From the NCBI GenBank assembly GCA_964057225.1, contig OZ059897.1, positions 13,640,001 through 13,704,000 of the forward strand: a stretch of 64,000 bases of DNA, in the 5' to 3' direction. The translations under genes and the position numbers were made by a program. Shown here one piece after another: positions 44,253 through 58,012 of this stretch. Source of the stretch: Auanema rhodensis (taxonomy: Eukaryota > Animalia > Nematoda). The number at the start of each line of letters is the position of its first letter. The first letter of the stretch is position 1. The notes under the pieces were generated by a model. The model was not told where the DNA came from, searched no databases, and saw nothing but the letters and a program-made list of their open reading frames with translations.

Positions 44253-46014
44253 ATGGATCCTGCGAACGCTGGATTCGTGGACCCTGAAGATGGGTTCGCT
44301 GATGATGATCTACTAGCAGCGGATGATATAACTGGTAGGTATTTAGAAAAATAAATTGTAAGAAATAAATTTTTTTATATTGATTTCTCTGTTCAGTATC
44401 TCCTATGGATATACCTCCATCACGTTCTTTTTTGGAACGCGAAGATTTTGAAACGGAGCTTGGTTGTGTAGATCCATTTGCTGAGGATTTCACTTCAATT
44501 TCCGCAAACGATATCGTTGAAGTTTTAGCAGAAGGAGATCGAGTTGCGAGGTTATTTCTATTTTTGCTCCTCATTGAAGAGTTTTGTTTACAGACCCATC
44601 ATCGTAATTTACGCTTATCGTCTCCCGTCAAATAAATCTGTTGATCATGCAAAATTACTTAGATATATTCAAGCAACATTAGATAAAGTATCCTCTTTCT
44701 ATATCTATTCTAAATTTAACAGTCTTCAATTTTCAAGGTTGTGGATCTTGATTACACCATAGTATACTTTCATTATGGTCTTCGTAGTCACAACAAACCA
44801 CCTATCAAGTGGCTCTTTCAGGCTTATAAGGTTTTAGATAGAAGGTAAAGTAAAATTAATCTTCTCATAAATGTATTTATATGATTCTAGGTACAAAAAA
44901 AATCTCAAAGCATTATATGTGGTTCATCCAACGAGATTCATTCGTATTCTTTGGGGCTTGTTTAAGCCTTTCATTTCTAATAAATTTGAGAATAAATTTC
45001 ATTACGTGAACTGTATTAAAGATTTAGAAGATGCATTAGAAGTATCAAGGTTTTTTAAAATTATCATTAGTTTCTTATGAAGTTGTTCAGATTGCACCTT
45101 CCTCAGCCCATAAGAGATCATGATGCTCAACTTAACATTCACGCATGCGATGGACGACCATTAACTCCTCCAACTCCTCCTAGACCAACTCAACAATTCG
45201 ATGCTACTCTCAGCTTGTAAGTTTTTCTGTTATTGTTTATATTTGTAATGTTTTCTCTTGATAGTATTCTCTCGCATAATCCGGATCATGATGTCCCACC
45301 AATTGTTTCTGAATTAATAGAGTTCCTCGAAGAATACGCTTTAGAGGTGGAAGGAATCTTCAGGAAAAGTGCAAACGTAGGCAGTATTAAGAGACTGCAG
45401 GAACGTATCAACATGGGTATCAGAGATACAATGATTGAGGCTATGTATCATCGTTTGCAGGAGAGAAAGTAGATTTCGTGAACGATCCAGAATATAAAGA
45501 TAATATTTACGTTGCTTGCATACACGCGTCAGTCTTGCTGAAAACATTCCTGCGATCACTGGGCGAACCTGTTACAACCAATTCATTATTTCCTAAATTA
45601 GCTGAGATAGCAGGTTTGATTATAAACATTAATATATTTAGAGTTTTATTACTACAGACATACCAAAGCCTGAGAAGACTGCTGCTGTTCGAGAAATTGT
45701 AGCTTTACTGCCAAGACCAAACTACGTACTATTGAAAACTATCATAAAATTCCTGACCAAAGTTCGTTAAAGCTTTCTACGTAATTTTCACTTTTTTTTC
45801 AGGTTGCCGCCAAAAGTAATATTAACCTAATGACTGCAAATAATCTTAGTGTAGTTTTCGGTCCCAACTTAACATGGCCAACCGACCAGCAGGTTTGAAT
45901 TTTTATAGTTAACATTCATATCTCATATGGCTTCAGGTACCAACGCCTCAACTTAACAATCTGAATAATTTTTGCTATCGACTTATTGTCGACTATGATA
46001 AAATTTTCCAGTGA
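44253..46014 (+). CDS. rga-1: p50RhoGAP/ARHGAP1-like (BCH/Sec14 domain plus RhoGAP)
   Basis: [78 protein letters not shown]. Confidence 0.92.
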
Positions 46015-46179
46015 TACCTTGCATCTTTTTTTCATTTTCACTCTTCGAATCTGTGATTCTGCGTTTGTGCATTTCCGATTTAGACAGTATTTATTCTACC
46101 TTTTAATAAAATGTACAATAGCGTATTTTAAATAAATTGTAACAAAAAGCTGTCTAGTCCTGAGGAGAAATGTCCTGAT

Positions 46180-46673
46180 TTAGTTAGCAGGCTTTCCCTT
46201 GACAGTAATTGGACCGACGTTGTCACCAGTTTCCTTATTGTGCTTGTTATGAGCACCATCACAGTAAGGGAACTAAAATAAATTTTTTTTTTTCAAATAG
46301 GAGTTTTAGCTTACCTTCTCGCTCTTCCAGCATCTGCAGAAAGACTTCTTCTCTCCAATATCTTCTATATCACAAGCATCCGCTACCTAAACAATTATAT
46401 TTATATTACAAATGTTTCAGCCGGTAAAAACCTTAGGGCAATCAAGTTTAATCATATGATTAATTCTTTTTTTATTGAGTTGTTGGGCAACCTAAATACG
46501 AATCATTTACTCATCTTTGAGAAACATGCAACTAACGAGGTACCCAACAAGAGCTCCACCGGCAAAAAGTCCGACGGCTAGAAGAGTGGCCTTAGAGTGG
46601 CATTGAATAGAAGCCGTACAGTCTATTTTGTTAATAATGAAAAAAAAACGAAATCAAGGTTTTACTAACTCAT
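46180..46673 (-). CDS. cisd-1: CDGSH iron-sulfur protein (mitoNEET/CISD1-2 type)
   Basis: Spliced: [30 protein letters not shown]...[15 protein letters not shown]...[30 protein letters not shown]...PAN*. Not visible in the ORF track because the exons are short. Confidence 0.92.
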
Positions 46674-47479
46674 TGTTCCGGGTATTGGTATATCTGAACT
46701 TTGAATTTGAGTAGATCCTGAAGCATGGGCAATTAAACGATTAAGAAAAAAGCCGCTGAATGTCATTTCCAGAAAGCAACAAGAGAATAATTAGAGGACT
46801 ATGAAGATCAGCACATGCTGCTATGGTGGCCACTACAGCAAGTAGAACAGTGAAGATAAATAATGACCTTGAGAAATAATTTCCCTATCAATCATAGGAG
46901 TGAGATGGAAAAAGCAATATTTTTAAAAACCAATAGTCTAATACTTAAGATATATAGACCACCAGAAACTAATTTGGTGACATAAAAAAACGGTTTACAA
47001 AACAAAAATAGAACAAGAACTGTGAAAAAAAGTAATGGCAGTGGAATTATAAAAGGCTAAGAATAAAAACAAAACTATCATTAATCAATAATTCGATATT
47101 CAGTCGTAATAACGTGATAAATGAATCAAAACATAAAACAGTTATCGAATTTTTTATACTTCCTTTCGCTAGCTATTATCTTCCAATAGAACATCTAATA
47201 TCTCTAATTCCTAATAATCGTTATGAAAGATTTAAAGTTTCAGCAAATGGACAACAAGTGGAGAGCAGAACACAAAAAAGGCATAACAATGGTAGAATAA
47301 AATATTCTAATAAAACAATAATAGGAAAGAAAAATGCATGCAAAACGGTACAGTTAGAGGTCATTTTAATGACTTTTCCAGTCTTTTCTCCACTTAAAAA
47401 ATTGACTGCCATGTTCAACAAAACGCTGAGAGAGTTAGGAGAGGGATGAGTGAGAGCAAATGAGATATAGAAATACGAA

Positions 47480-48868
47480 CTATGACTTTTCGCTGTAACC
47501 TAGAACATATTTAAACAACTCGTAGACAGACCATGATAAAGCTGTTGCTGGTACCTAAAATAAAATCACATATGAGAAAAAATTCTCATTTCTTAATCAA
47601 AAACATACCTGGAATATAACTCGGGCTTGTAACCCACAAGCAAATCCGCTCCATCCACGCTGGCTATAAATTGTGCGAGCAGCATCGGAAACTCCCCGAT
47701 AAGAACTAGTAGCCTAATAAGAATTTTGTTTATACCAAATTTTTAGCAGGATTTCTCACCTTGAGGAATATCCTATTATCTTTTGCAGCCAACTCTGGTT
47801 CCGGCGTTTGTTGAGTGTTTAAAACAGTTTTAATACAATCCAAAGGCGTTGTAAGGGCAGCAGCAAGCCCTCCAGCAAGACCTCCAGCGATCAAATGAGA
47901 TTTTGGATCGTATTTATGTTCAGGATTCAAAACCTAAAAACTTATTAGTGTCCATTCTAACAGTAGATTAAGCACCTGTTGCCAAAATTCATAAGTCATG
48001 AAATGAACAGCTTGGAAGGGAACATTCATTGCGATTTGGGTAGTATAAGAACGGTAAAATGCAGCAATACCTTCTCTTCTAAATGTTTTAAATTAAAATC
48101 TAACAAGAAGATGGAACTAACTTATAGATGCATTTTACACATTCCATTGAAGATCCATAAGGTGAAAATGCCATTTGCATACGTTGTTTAACGACCTAAA
48201 GAAATACGAATATTTTTCGATATCAAAAAATTACGAGCTTATTTATTCTGAATATATAACTAGTGTTTTTGAAAAGGTATATTAATACCAATTACATGTG
48301 TAGCCAAATAGGAGAAAACAATGAAGTTAACATAAAAAATTACCTCAGCTGGATTCATTATGGCATCGTGTATTAATGTAGCTACAACGCCTGAAACACC
48401 ATATGCAAATGTATTTGCATGACCAGTTGTGTTCCCAGTGAGAAAACCCTGTAAATCTAGTTCTTTAAAAAAAAACGAAGATTCTTACTTTTAATTTTTC
48501 ATAAACAGTAAAATACAAAGCATGTGCGGGCATTGAACCTGCCGCAACAGCATTAACTCCTCTTAATGGTCTGAGCCATCCTTCCCTATGAACAAACATA
48601 TAGAATTTTAGATTTTTTGTTAGTACCTTTTCACTATACTCATAAGTGAATGCATAGGCGTGGGACATTTTGTCTCCGGACAGGGGCATAATGATTGCAT
48701 TCTAGTCTTAACACTGTCAAAGGGAAACATCACACAATGCTCGACAGCACCAGCCAGTGCGCCTGCGGCGAGGTGAACCTAAAACGAAAAAAATACCATA
48801 AAATTTAAGTAACCAAAACTTACCCCAATGCTGTGAGTTGGCAATGACTCATAGACATCGTCACCCAT
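47480..48868 (-). CDS. mfn-1: Mitoferrin (SLC25A28/37 mitochondrial iron carrier)
   Basis: [95 protein letters not shown]. Confidence 0.95.
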
Positions 48869-49046
48869 TTAACCCTATATGAACATACAGAAACATTTAC
48901 ACTATAAATTCCGAATAATTGAATAGGTTTCTAACCTCATTATAAAACTATTATAATTTTTCAGTAAGTAACAACTTTAAACAATGAAACAACAAGTGCA
49001 ACGCACAGACAACAACTTTAATAAAATAACGAAAAAGTAAACGTAA

Positions 49047-49957
<911 letters not shown>

Positions 49958-50522
49958 TCTGAATATATAACATATGTTAATTATGTTAACAAAACAAAAA
50001 TACGAAATAAAGTTAAGTAAAAATTTCTTAAAATGATGATAGTAAAATAATTGTTCTTTAGTTATAGCAGACTTATCACGACCTTGATATGAACAGAAAT
50101 ATTCCAGTATCAGAAGATTTTAACTATCAATAAGAGCAAATATTGAACAAATCGATTATGACAGAAAATAAAAACACGTGGGGTTATATAGAATTGCAAC
50201 TTGTCACTGTATGTCAACTAATATATTAACCGTGTCGTTATTGTAAAACTTCGTGATACGAAATTTTATCAAAATGAAATATTAAAGTTTTGCGTACAAA
50301 ACACTCCAGCCCACGACACGGTATGCCGTAAAAATACGTAAAAAATCGTGACACGTCATGTTATTGTTAAATCTCTGAATATCTATTAAGTTTTTTATAA
50401 AATTTGATGATGTGTATAGCTAGTATCCTTATGGTTTGAATGAATTTCCAAAGTTATCATGTAATAGAACAACATCCTGCCGAGAATTTTCTATTTTTTC
50501 ATGTTAAGTCTTAATATTTCAG

Positions 50523-51193
50523 ATGAATTTCGAAGTGAGCAGTACAAAACGTGAGAACACGCAAAGGTATCAAACAATATATTAATTTTTGCAGAGATTG
50601 GCGTAGGCTTAACAGCCTTTGGAATTTTCTTTATTTTCTTGGGTATTTTGCTGTTTTTAGATTCGGCTTTATTAGCAATTGGAAATGTAATTCTTGCATG
50701 ATTCAGCAGATTAGAGCTCATAATACTATCTTTAGCTTTTATTCATTGTTGGAATCACATTTGTTATTGGTATTCAAAGGACAATGGTTTTCTTTTTTGA
50801 AATGAGGAAGCTAAAGGCCAGCGCTCTTTTCTTTGGAGGTATATATTGTATACACCAATGAAACATAAAATTATGGTCTTCAGGAATTTTCATTGTTTTA
50901 TTTGGATATCCCTTAATTGGAATAGTTTTAGAAATCTGGGGATTCATTCTTCTCTTTGGGTTAGCACTGGCAACTCTTTCGTCTCATATAAATTATTTTC
51001 AGAGGTTTCTTGCCTGGACTTGTCAATCTCCTTCGAAGCATTCCAGGAGTAAATGCCATAACTTATTTGCCTGGAATCCGACAGGTAAAGTCTAGTTTCA
51101 ATTAAAATTTTACGCATTTTCTTACCAACTTTTAGTTCTGTGATTTTATAGATTCTCGACAGACTAGCTCCTGAATCTAAGTATCCGGTCTAA
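50523..51193 (+). CDS. GOLT1: Vesicle transport protein GOT1/GOLT1
   Basis: Spliced [40 protein letters not shown]...[23 protein letters not shown]...YPV*. Confidence 0.88.
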
Positions 51194-51771
51194 TTTTCCT
51201 GTGGATTATAGGTATTATCTTTTTGCTTGAAAGAGATGTCAAGATTGTAAATTTGTTATGTTATATTTATTTATTATGATAATATTTTAATTTTAATGTG
51301 CTCTTCGTATATTTCGTGAGGTGAAACATGTGTTTTTGAGAAAATGGAACATTTCTAACAATTTAGAGGATTTAATTCAAAATATTTAAACGATGAAAAG
51401 CACATTAAATTTCGTATTTTTTTGGGTTTTTTGCAATCTCTTCATCATGATTATTTTCTCTGGAAGAGTAAAACGCGTTTTATCGCATAGACCAAAGATT
51501 TTCTTGTATTTTCCGTACCAGAGAAATGTTGGTTGCTATGCTCGTCTATAACTCATTCTAGTTTCGTAAAGATTTTCCCTGATTTATAAAAGTTATATTG
51601 CTTGTAATTCATGTTTCGATGTTAAACTTATATATATTGAATGTTGCACATATATTAGTTTCATGGAATGCACCAGTAATTATACATAAGATCTTTAGAT
51701 GCCCCAATTGTTTTTTCATCAAGATCTTTAGATATTTAATAGAATCTTCGAATGGAAAAATGTATCCAATA

Positions 51772-53280
51772 TTATCCTATGTACAGGTAGCCTGATGTGA
51801 TTTTCTTTAATTGTAGTTGGCTATTCTTTGTTTTAAATAAATTGAACCAAACTTCTTTTATCTGAATAAATTCTTTATGATTCAGTTATTTCGGTGACAT
51901 GAATTTCAGACTTATTTTATTTATTCTTATAACGTTCGGTTTCGCAACAAAGCTTTGTTCTACAAACAATCCCGGAGCCAGTTTTTGGGATAACATTTGT
52001 TGGATTTCTTTTAAAAATACCCTTCTAGGGAATACCCACATCTATATTACAATACAGACCACTGATTAAAATTGAATTTATCAAAAAATATTCATCAATG
52101 AAGTAAACTAAACATTCTGTTATATTTAAATTGGTCCGTGGTTAAGCTATACGAGGATTTTATATCAGTTATATTTACACCAGCTTTCATTCTCAAAAAT
52201 CCTGTTATGAAGATATCATCAATCTAAGGATATATTATAAAATAAGGTCATAAGAACATGTCTTACCCAAAAAATTTCCGTTATGTTAAAATATTGTATT
52301 AGCAATTTTGCCGAATCTCTTCTGAGCAAGTAAGCCATACCACCACAGTATGGAGGATATACTGCGTCTGGATAAACAGATTCCGGAACATACCTATTTA
52401 GCAGAAATATTTAGTTTAACATTAGAATTTTTCGATATACCATTTGCTTTTAAGTTTACGTATAACCGGCATAGCACCCCATCGGAGACAAAAAAAAGAA
52501 TTGGTATTCAGCACCGTATCAGACATTTCCGAAACTTTTTGCAAATTACAAATGACATCATCATCTAGCTTAACCAGTATTGTGTTGCTCGCACAGTTTG
52601 AGGCGAAGTATTTGAGGTGTGATATTTGCTAAACAATGTTTGTCATTACTGAAATGCTCTAAACATCGATATCAACTTTTTTACTCAGATTACGATAACT
52701 ATCAGTATAATCTGATTGTAATAAGTCTCCGAACTGTGTCTGTTCTTCTCGAACCAGTGTTTCAACGTTATTACCCTGAGGACTAAGACCAATAGGAAAC
52801 AGAAGTTTATATTTCAACTGAAACCGAAAAGGTATATTCCACGCCGTTAACTGTGTAAAACCTTTGTAGACTTATACTTCAGTTTAAATCGAGTACGAAT
52901 TCTTTTCCTAGTAGCATAATCATCAACACGAGTGTGAATAGTAACAAGCATGAAAACATCATTGCAATAGTTTTTTTTCGGTTCCAGGATATTTGATGTT
53001 TTGTTCAACTGTAAGGAAATGCCATATTTGTGACTAAGAGTAAGCAAAAACTGTGTGAATGAAATAGGTTTAAAATTAAATAAAACCAATGCATACTAGA
53101 TCAGAAGTCATATACTCATTCGAAAAGTTAAAATTTGTTTCCTGTAAAAACAAATATATTATTTAAAATTGACGAAGTATAGAGTACCAATGTGTGCTTT
53201 GAAGATTGAAAGCAAATGAAAACTAGAAGAACAATTAGTACAGGAAGTTTGATACGTTTTGGCAACAGCCAGCGTATCAT
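51772..53280 (-). CDS. GT31-family beta-1,3-galactosyltransferase-like type II membrane protein
   Basis: N-terminal MIRWLLPKRIKLPVLIVLLVFICF anchor; FMLVTIHTRVDDYATRKRIR, EEQTQFGDLLQSDYTDSYRNL, LVKLDDDV, YPPYCGGMAYLL, IDDIFITG. The 3' exon assignment is approximate. Confidence 0.82.
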
Positions 53281-54093
53281 TCAAACCGACTCTACTACTG
53301 ATTATGATATCAATATACATTTATAGCTTGTTGAGTGCAAAACCGTGGAGCACATGCCCACTTTTGGTCGACCGATCACAATAAGTGTTTTTGACCAACG
53401 AATACATAGAATGCAAACTTTATAAAAATTACCACATATCGATGTAAAATGTACTAGATGATGTAGTTAGCCCATGATTTGGACAATGCAAAAAATGTTA
53501 AATCGCGCAAGGTAGCAATAAACAATCGGATTGTGAGAAAAAGAGAAAAAGTTGGTGCACAGGACCGATCTATTTTTTGAAATATGGTGTTGTTTTTTTT
53601 CTTTTAAAAAAGTCAGTCCGTTGCGAAGGTTTGTTGAAAAGGATAAAACGCAATAAATAGGGAAACAACCTTTCATTAGGTGTAGAAGCACCAGAAAGCC
53701 ATGATTAAATTACGCTTATACATGGGAAAGATTGGGTATTATGCGGACGTCAAACGGACGAATCAGGAAATAAGAAGTTAGATAGAGGAATGTAAGATAT
53801 TTTAAACTAATTTAATAAAAGTTAACAAGAGGTAATGATGCACAAGAGAACAAAATTGAGGTCTGCGAGAGAAACATTGAAAATTGCAGTAAGTAGCTGC
53901 AGTCCGACTGCGAAGTTGCAAGCCAAGTTTCAGAAAAAAAGAAAGAAAGGCACAACAATGCGGAAGAACAAAAGTGGATAGTAACTTATAATGAATCAGA
54001 ATCAGTTAACGCCACCGGTGAAAATTTACCCGCAACCACATTGCAAAAAAAAACATTTGTGCAAACTAAAACGCTAGACATAGATCACAAAAC

Positions 54094-57004
54094 TCAGTAG
54101 GCATTTCGACCGGCAGGTCTGTTATTGCGACGGCTCTTAAAATATAAAATATTTGAACAAAATATTCAAGAATCTCACCTGTCCACCACGCGTTTGTGGC
54201 CCGTATTGTTGGTGCTGTTGTCTGTGTTCATAATGCTGACCACTCTGATAAGTACGAACATTGTCTCTAGAGTGACGAGCTGGCTCTTTTAAAGGTGCTG
54301 CATCACTCTTACGCTTGCTGTCATCTTGAAAACAATTTTTAAAATTAAACTCTTTAATATACATACCTTGTTTCTTTGGACAGAATGGCGTTGCATGAGC
54401 ATCAGGTCCTCCCTTCAGATGGCAATAGCCGCACTCCAAATTTATAAGAGCATCTGGACAACGAACTTTACCATTTTCACGCAAGCTGAATAAAGAAAAT
54501 GAAGCAGTGTATAGCTTTAAGTTTACTTACACATGACCAGTATACTCAACATCGCTTTTACCTTTACTGCGACAGTAAGTGCATTGTTTAACTGGTTCTG
54601 ACATTTTCTTCGAAACCTCTATATGCTCTTTACCCTTTTGTGTAGAACGTGGGCTTCCAGTTTGTTTTGTTGGTTTTTGACTGGGATCCTCAACAGGACA
54701 AGCCCTATCATCAGCATATTCTTTCAAGAGTGGTCGGGGAGAAGGCTGGGTAGGCTCATCAGGAAGAGACATGGATTCATCTGAATCCATGTGAATTAAA
54801 TAAAGAAACTACCAAAGAAATCCTACCCTCTTTGTGCTGAGGTACTTCCTTGATAGGGAAAGGCTCAACATTTCCTGTGGCTGCGTTTCCGCCAGCATCC
54901 AACTTAAATTGTTAATTAAAAGAAAATTGTATGTCATTTACACACCGATAACTGCTGGAGATTAGCAATAGTCTGTGGATCTATATCATTCTTTTGAATA
55001 CCATGATCAGTTGAAACAGAACTCTGCCGAGAATACGACTGAAAATTAAAATGAAATAATTCATTGAAAATAAAGAACCTACCTTATTCTTGCCATCTCT
55101 GTTATAGTTGAAATTACCTCCACGGCCCGAACGGTTCATTCGGCCTCCTATAAGGAAATTAATTATTGATTAGATTATTAAGCACACACCTCTGTTATAA
55201 TGATTGGGCACATAAGACGTAGGCAAGTAGGAGACAATACCAGGGCCTGGAATCCAATGATTGGGTTGTCCTTGGGCAGGTAAAGGCATTCTAGGAGGAT
55301 AACCCGGAGGCATAGCTTGCTGATCACCAACATAATATGGCTGAAGAGGCATAAGGCGCTTGAATACACTATTGAAAAACACAATACGACGGGTTCAACT
55401 TACAGTAGGGGGGGCAGCAACCATGTTAGGAGGAGGTTGTGAAACGTTTTGAGCAATATTATTATCCATCGGATTCTCATTTAGCCGCTCACCTGAAGTA
55501 GAAGATATAAATTTACATGCTCTTACAAAATTAATGAAACCTCTTGGATTTGGTTGTCTGACAACCAGGGCAGGGGACATTCCAGGAGGTTGACGCATCT
55601 GAAAAATAATTTATGATTTTCTAAAATATAACACAAACACACCTGTTGTTGAGGTTGAACCAAGTAAAGCTGCTGTCCAGCATTAGAATTTCCATCTTGC
55701 ACATATTGCTGGTGGGGGACCATCTTGAAGTTAAAATTTTTCAATCATGAACTTATAACATTAAAATACCATAACTGGTTGCCCAGGTGCAGTGGGGATA
55801 ACAGTAGGTGGAGGTGGTGCCATAAACACAGAGACAGGGCTAGGAGCACTCATCATAACGGGTGGCTGTGATGGATACATCATAACTCCGCCGTTATTAG
55901 GGATAATATTCTAACAAGACAACGAGTTAAACATTGGGAAAGGATGGAAATGATAAAGACACTCACTTGCTGATACGGGGAATAATATTGATGATTTCCT
56001 GGATGAGGAGCATTAGCCATCATTGATCCATCGTTATCATATCCAGTGGATACAGCGGTAGATGTTGCAATCACAGCTCCAGTGGGAGGATGCTGCATCT
56101 GTTGGTTGTGCACTATACATACAGTGATTAAAATTCTTTCAGAAGTACTCGTACCATATTGCGAATCATATTGTCCATTGGAACACTGCATGTTCTGGGG
56201 AGGCATATTGGGGGGAACCTGTTGAAAGATAACATTATGAGGAGGGACTCTTCCATGTATAGGAACAGGAGGGCCTCCTAAAAGTCCAGGTCCCATATTC
56301 GGCCCCATACTGGGAGGTCTAATATATAGTTTTAAACAACAAAAACTTTATAATTAAAAAACTTACCCATTATGGTTAGGATGATAATTATCATCATAAT
56401 GCATAGACGACAGTTGTTGAGATCCACTCATTGTATTCTAAAAAATTTTTTTACAAAAAAAAAATCGAAAAAGCAAAACAAACTCTATAAACTACAGCGC
56501 GTGGATTTGATGGATGGACCATATGCTGATGCTCATATATACGTCCAGCCTCAGGTGCATCAAACTGACCAACCTACAAATAAAAGTCAATAATCAGTCA
56601 ATTATCAAAAACTACAAAGAATTACCTTATGCCCATTGTTTTTGTAGTCATAATGGTTATCTGAGTTAGCTGAAATTAGGCATAAAGACAATTTTTATTA
56701 TGTATTGCAACTTACAATAATAAATTTGTTGATGTGGAGCACGCATGTGTGGATAAAAATTACCTTGCTGAGCAGGCGGTGGATTAGGTTGTTGTTGCTA
56801 GATAATACATACATCACTTTCTGGGCGTTGAAAAAGGAGAAAACTCACAAATCCTGGGGGTATTTGCCGACCTCTATCTTGTTGATTGCGATCATCGCCT
56901 AGGCCGGAATCAGGTGTAGTTCTCGTGGTATTAGGTTGTGATACAGAAGGACCGCTATTAAACTCCATGCCATTGCCGGTTGCTTCTTCGCGAATCCCTG
57001 ACAT
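54094..57004 (-). CDS. nos: Nanos-family CCHC zinc-finger protein with long P/Q/N-rich N-terminus (nos-3-like architecture)
   Basis: CTYCRSKGKSDVEYTGHVLRENGKVRC-PDALINLE-CGYCHLKGGPDAHATPFC tandem CCHC; many low-complexity upstream exons; stop at 54094-54096. Confidence 0.85.
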
Positions 57005-58012
57005 CTCAATTTATACCTAGAAAGCGCGTAATTTATAACCTTTTATAAGATCTTAGAATTGTGAAGTGAACAACAAGGAGAAAAAAAAGTAAAATATATA
57101 AACGGAAATAACTTATGCAAATTTTAAATAAACATTTTAAACAGTAGTATGCGAATAAATAAAAACATAAACTATAAAAAAATTATTACCAACGAAAAAA
57201 ATTATAAACGACACTTATATGACATGAACAGACATCACGGCCAGCGAAAAAATCGATATTATGTTGTAAACAAGAACAATTTAAATTTTTTAAATTAGAA
57301 TTGAAAAAATATAAAATTGAAATTTTTTAATTATGCAAGATTTTATAAGCTATATTAAAATAAAGTTTTTGAAATTCATTTTATGAAAACCTTTACGCAT
57401 GATATGTTACAAGTAGGCACGTAAATTTGCGTATGGGTGGGTATATTCTGAGGTAATAAACAATAATTAATTGACTTATCATAATTAGAAGAAGCCCTGA
57501 AAACTTCAGAGTAGGGCTTGAACATCATTGACGAATTCAACCATTGCGTACAAGGAGGTTATCGCGTACACGAGCGCCGCATTTGTTCGCCGGCTGCCAC
57601 AGGATCAAGGCTGTAATTCTATTGAGAAGTATTCCGATCTTTGGATAAGAGATCTTATTACATTATACCACGTTAAGATAATTAAGAAATTATGCACATA
57701 CTACTCTTAACAGGAAAGCAGACAATAATCATAACAGCATGTATAATTATGAAAATACTATACTAAAAGAAATATGCTTTGAAACTACAACTGATTAAAG
57801 ATAAATATATGAGTAATAAGTTTTATTAGCAAAGAAAAAGTAAAACATCTTCCTGGTAAGACACTATATTACCAGATTCTATGTAGGTCAGTTTCAAAAA
57901 CATAATAATTCATCAGTAAATCGGGGGGTTATATATAATATATAGGAACAAAAGTGATATTGGTTATATTGCATGATAATTTTAGGAATTACAAATTGTA
58001 TGAGCGAGCTTC

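Noticed and set aside
46700-47480. Iron-responsive element in the mitoferrin/cisd UTRs
   Set aside because: No CAGUGN-loop stem seen on the transcribed (minus) strand.
57689-57750. mir-60-like ATTATGCACAT
   Set aside because: Only the ends of the putative stem pair and the 3' half does not match.
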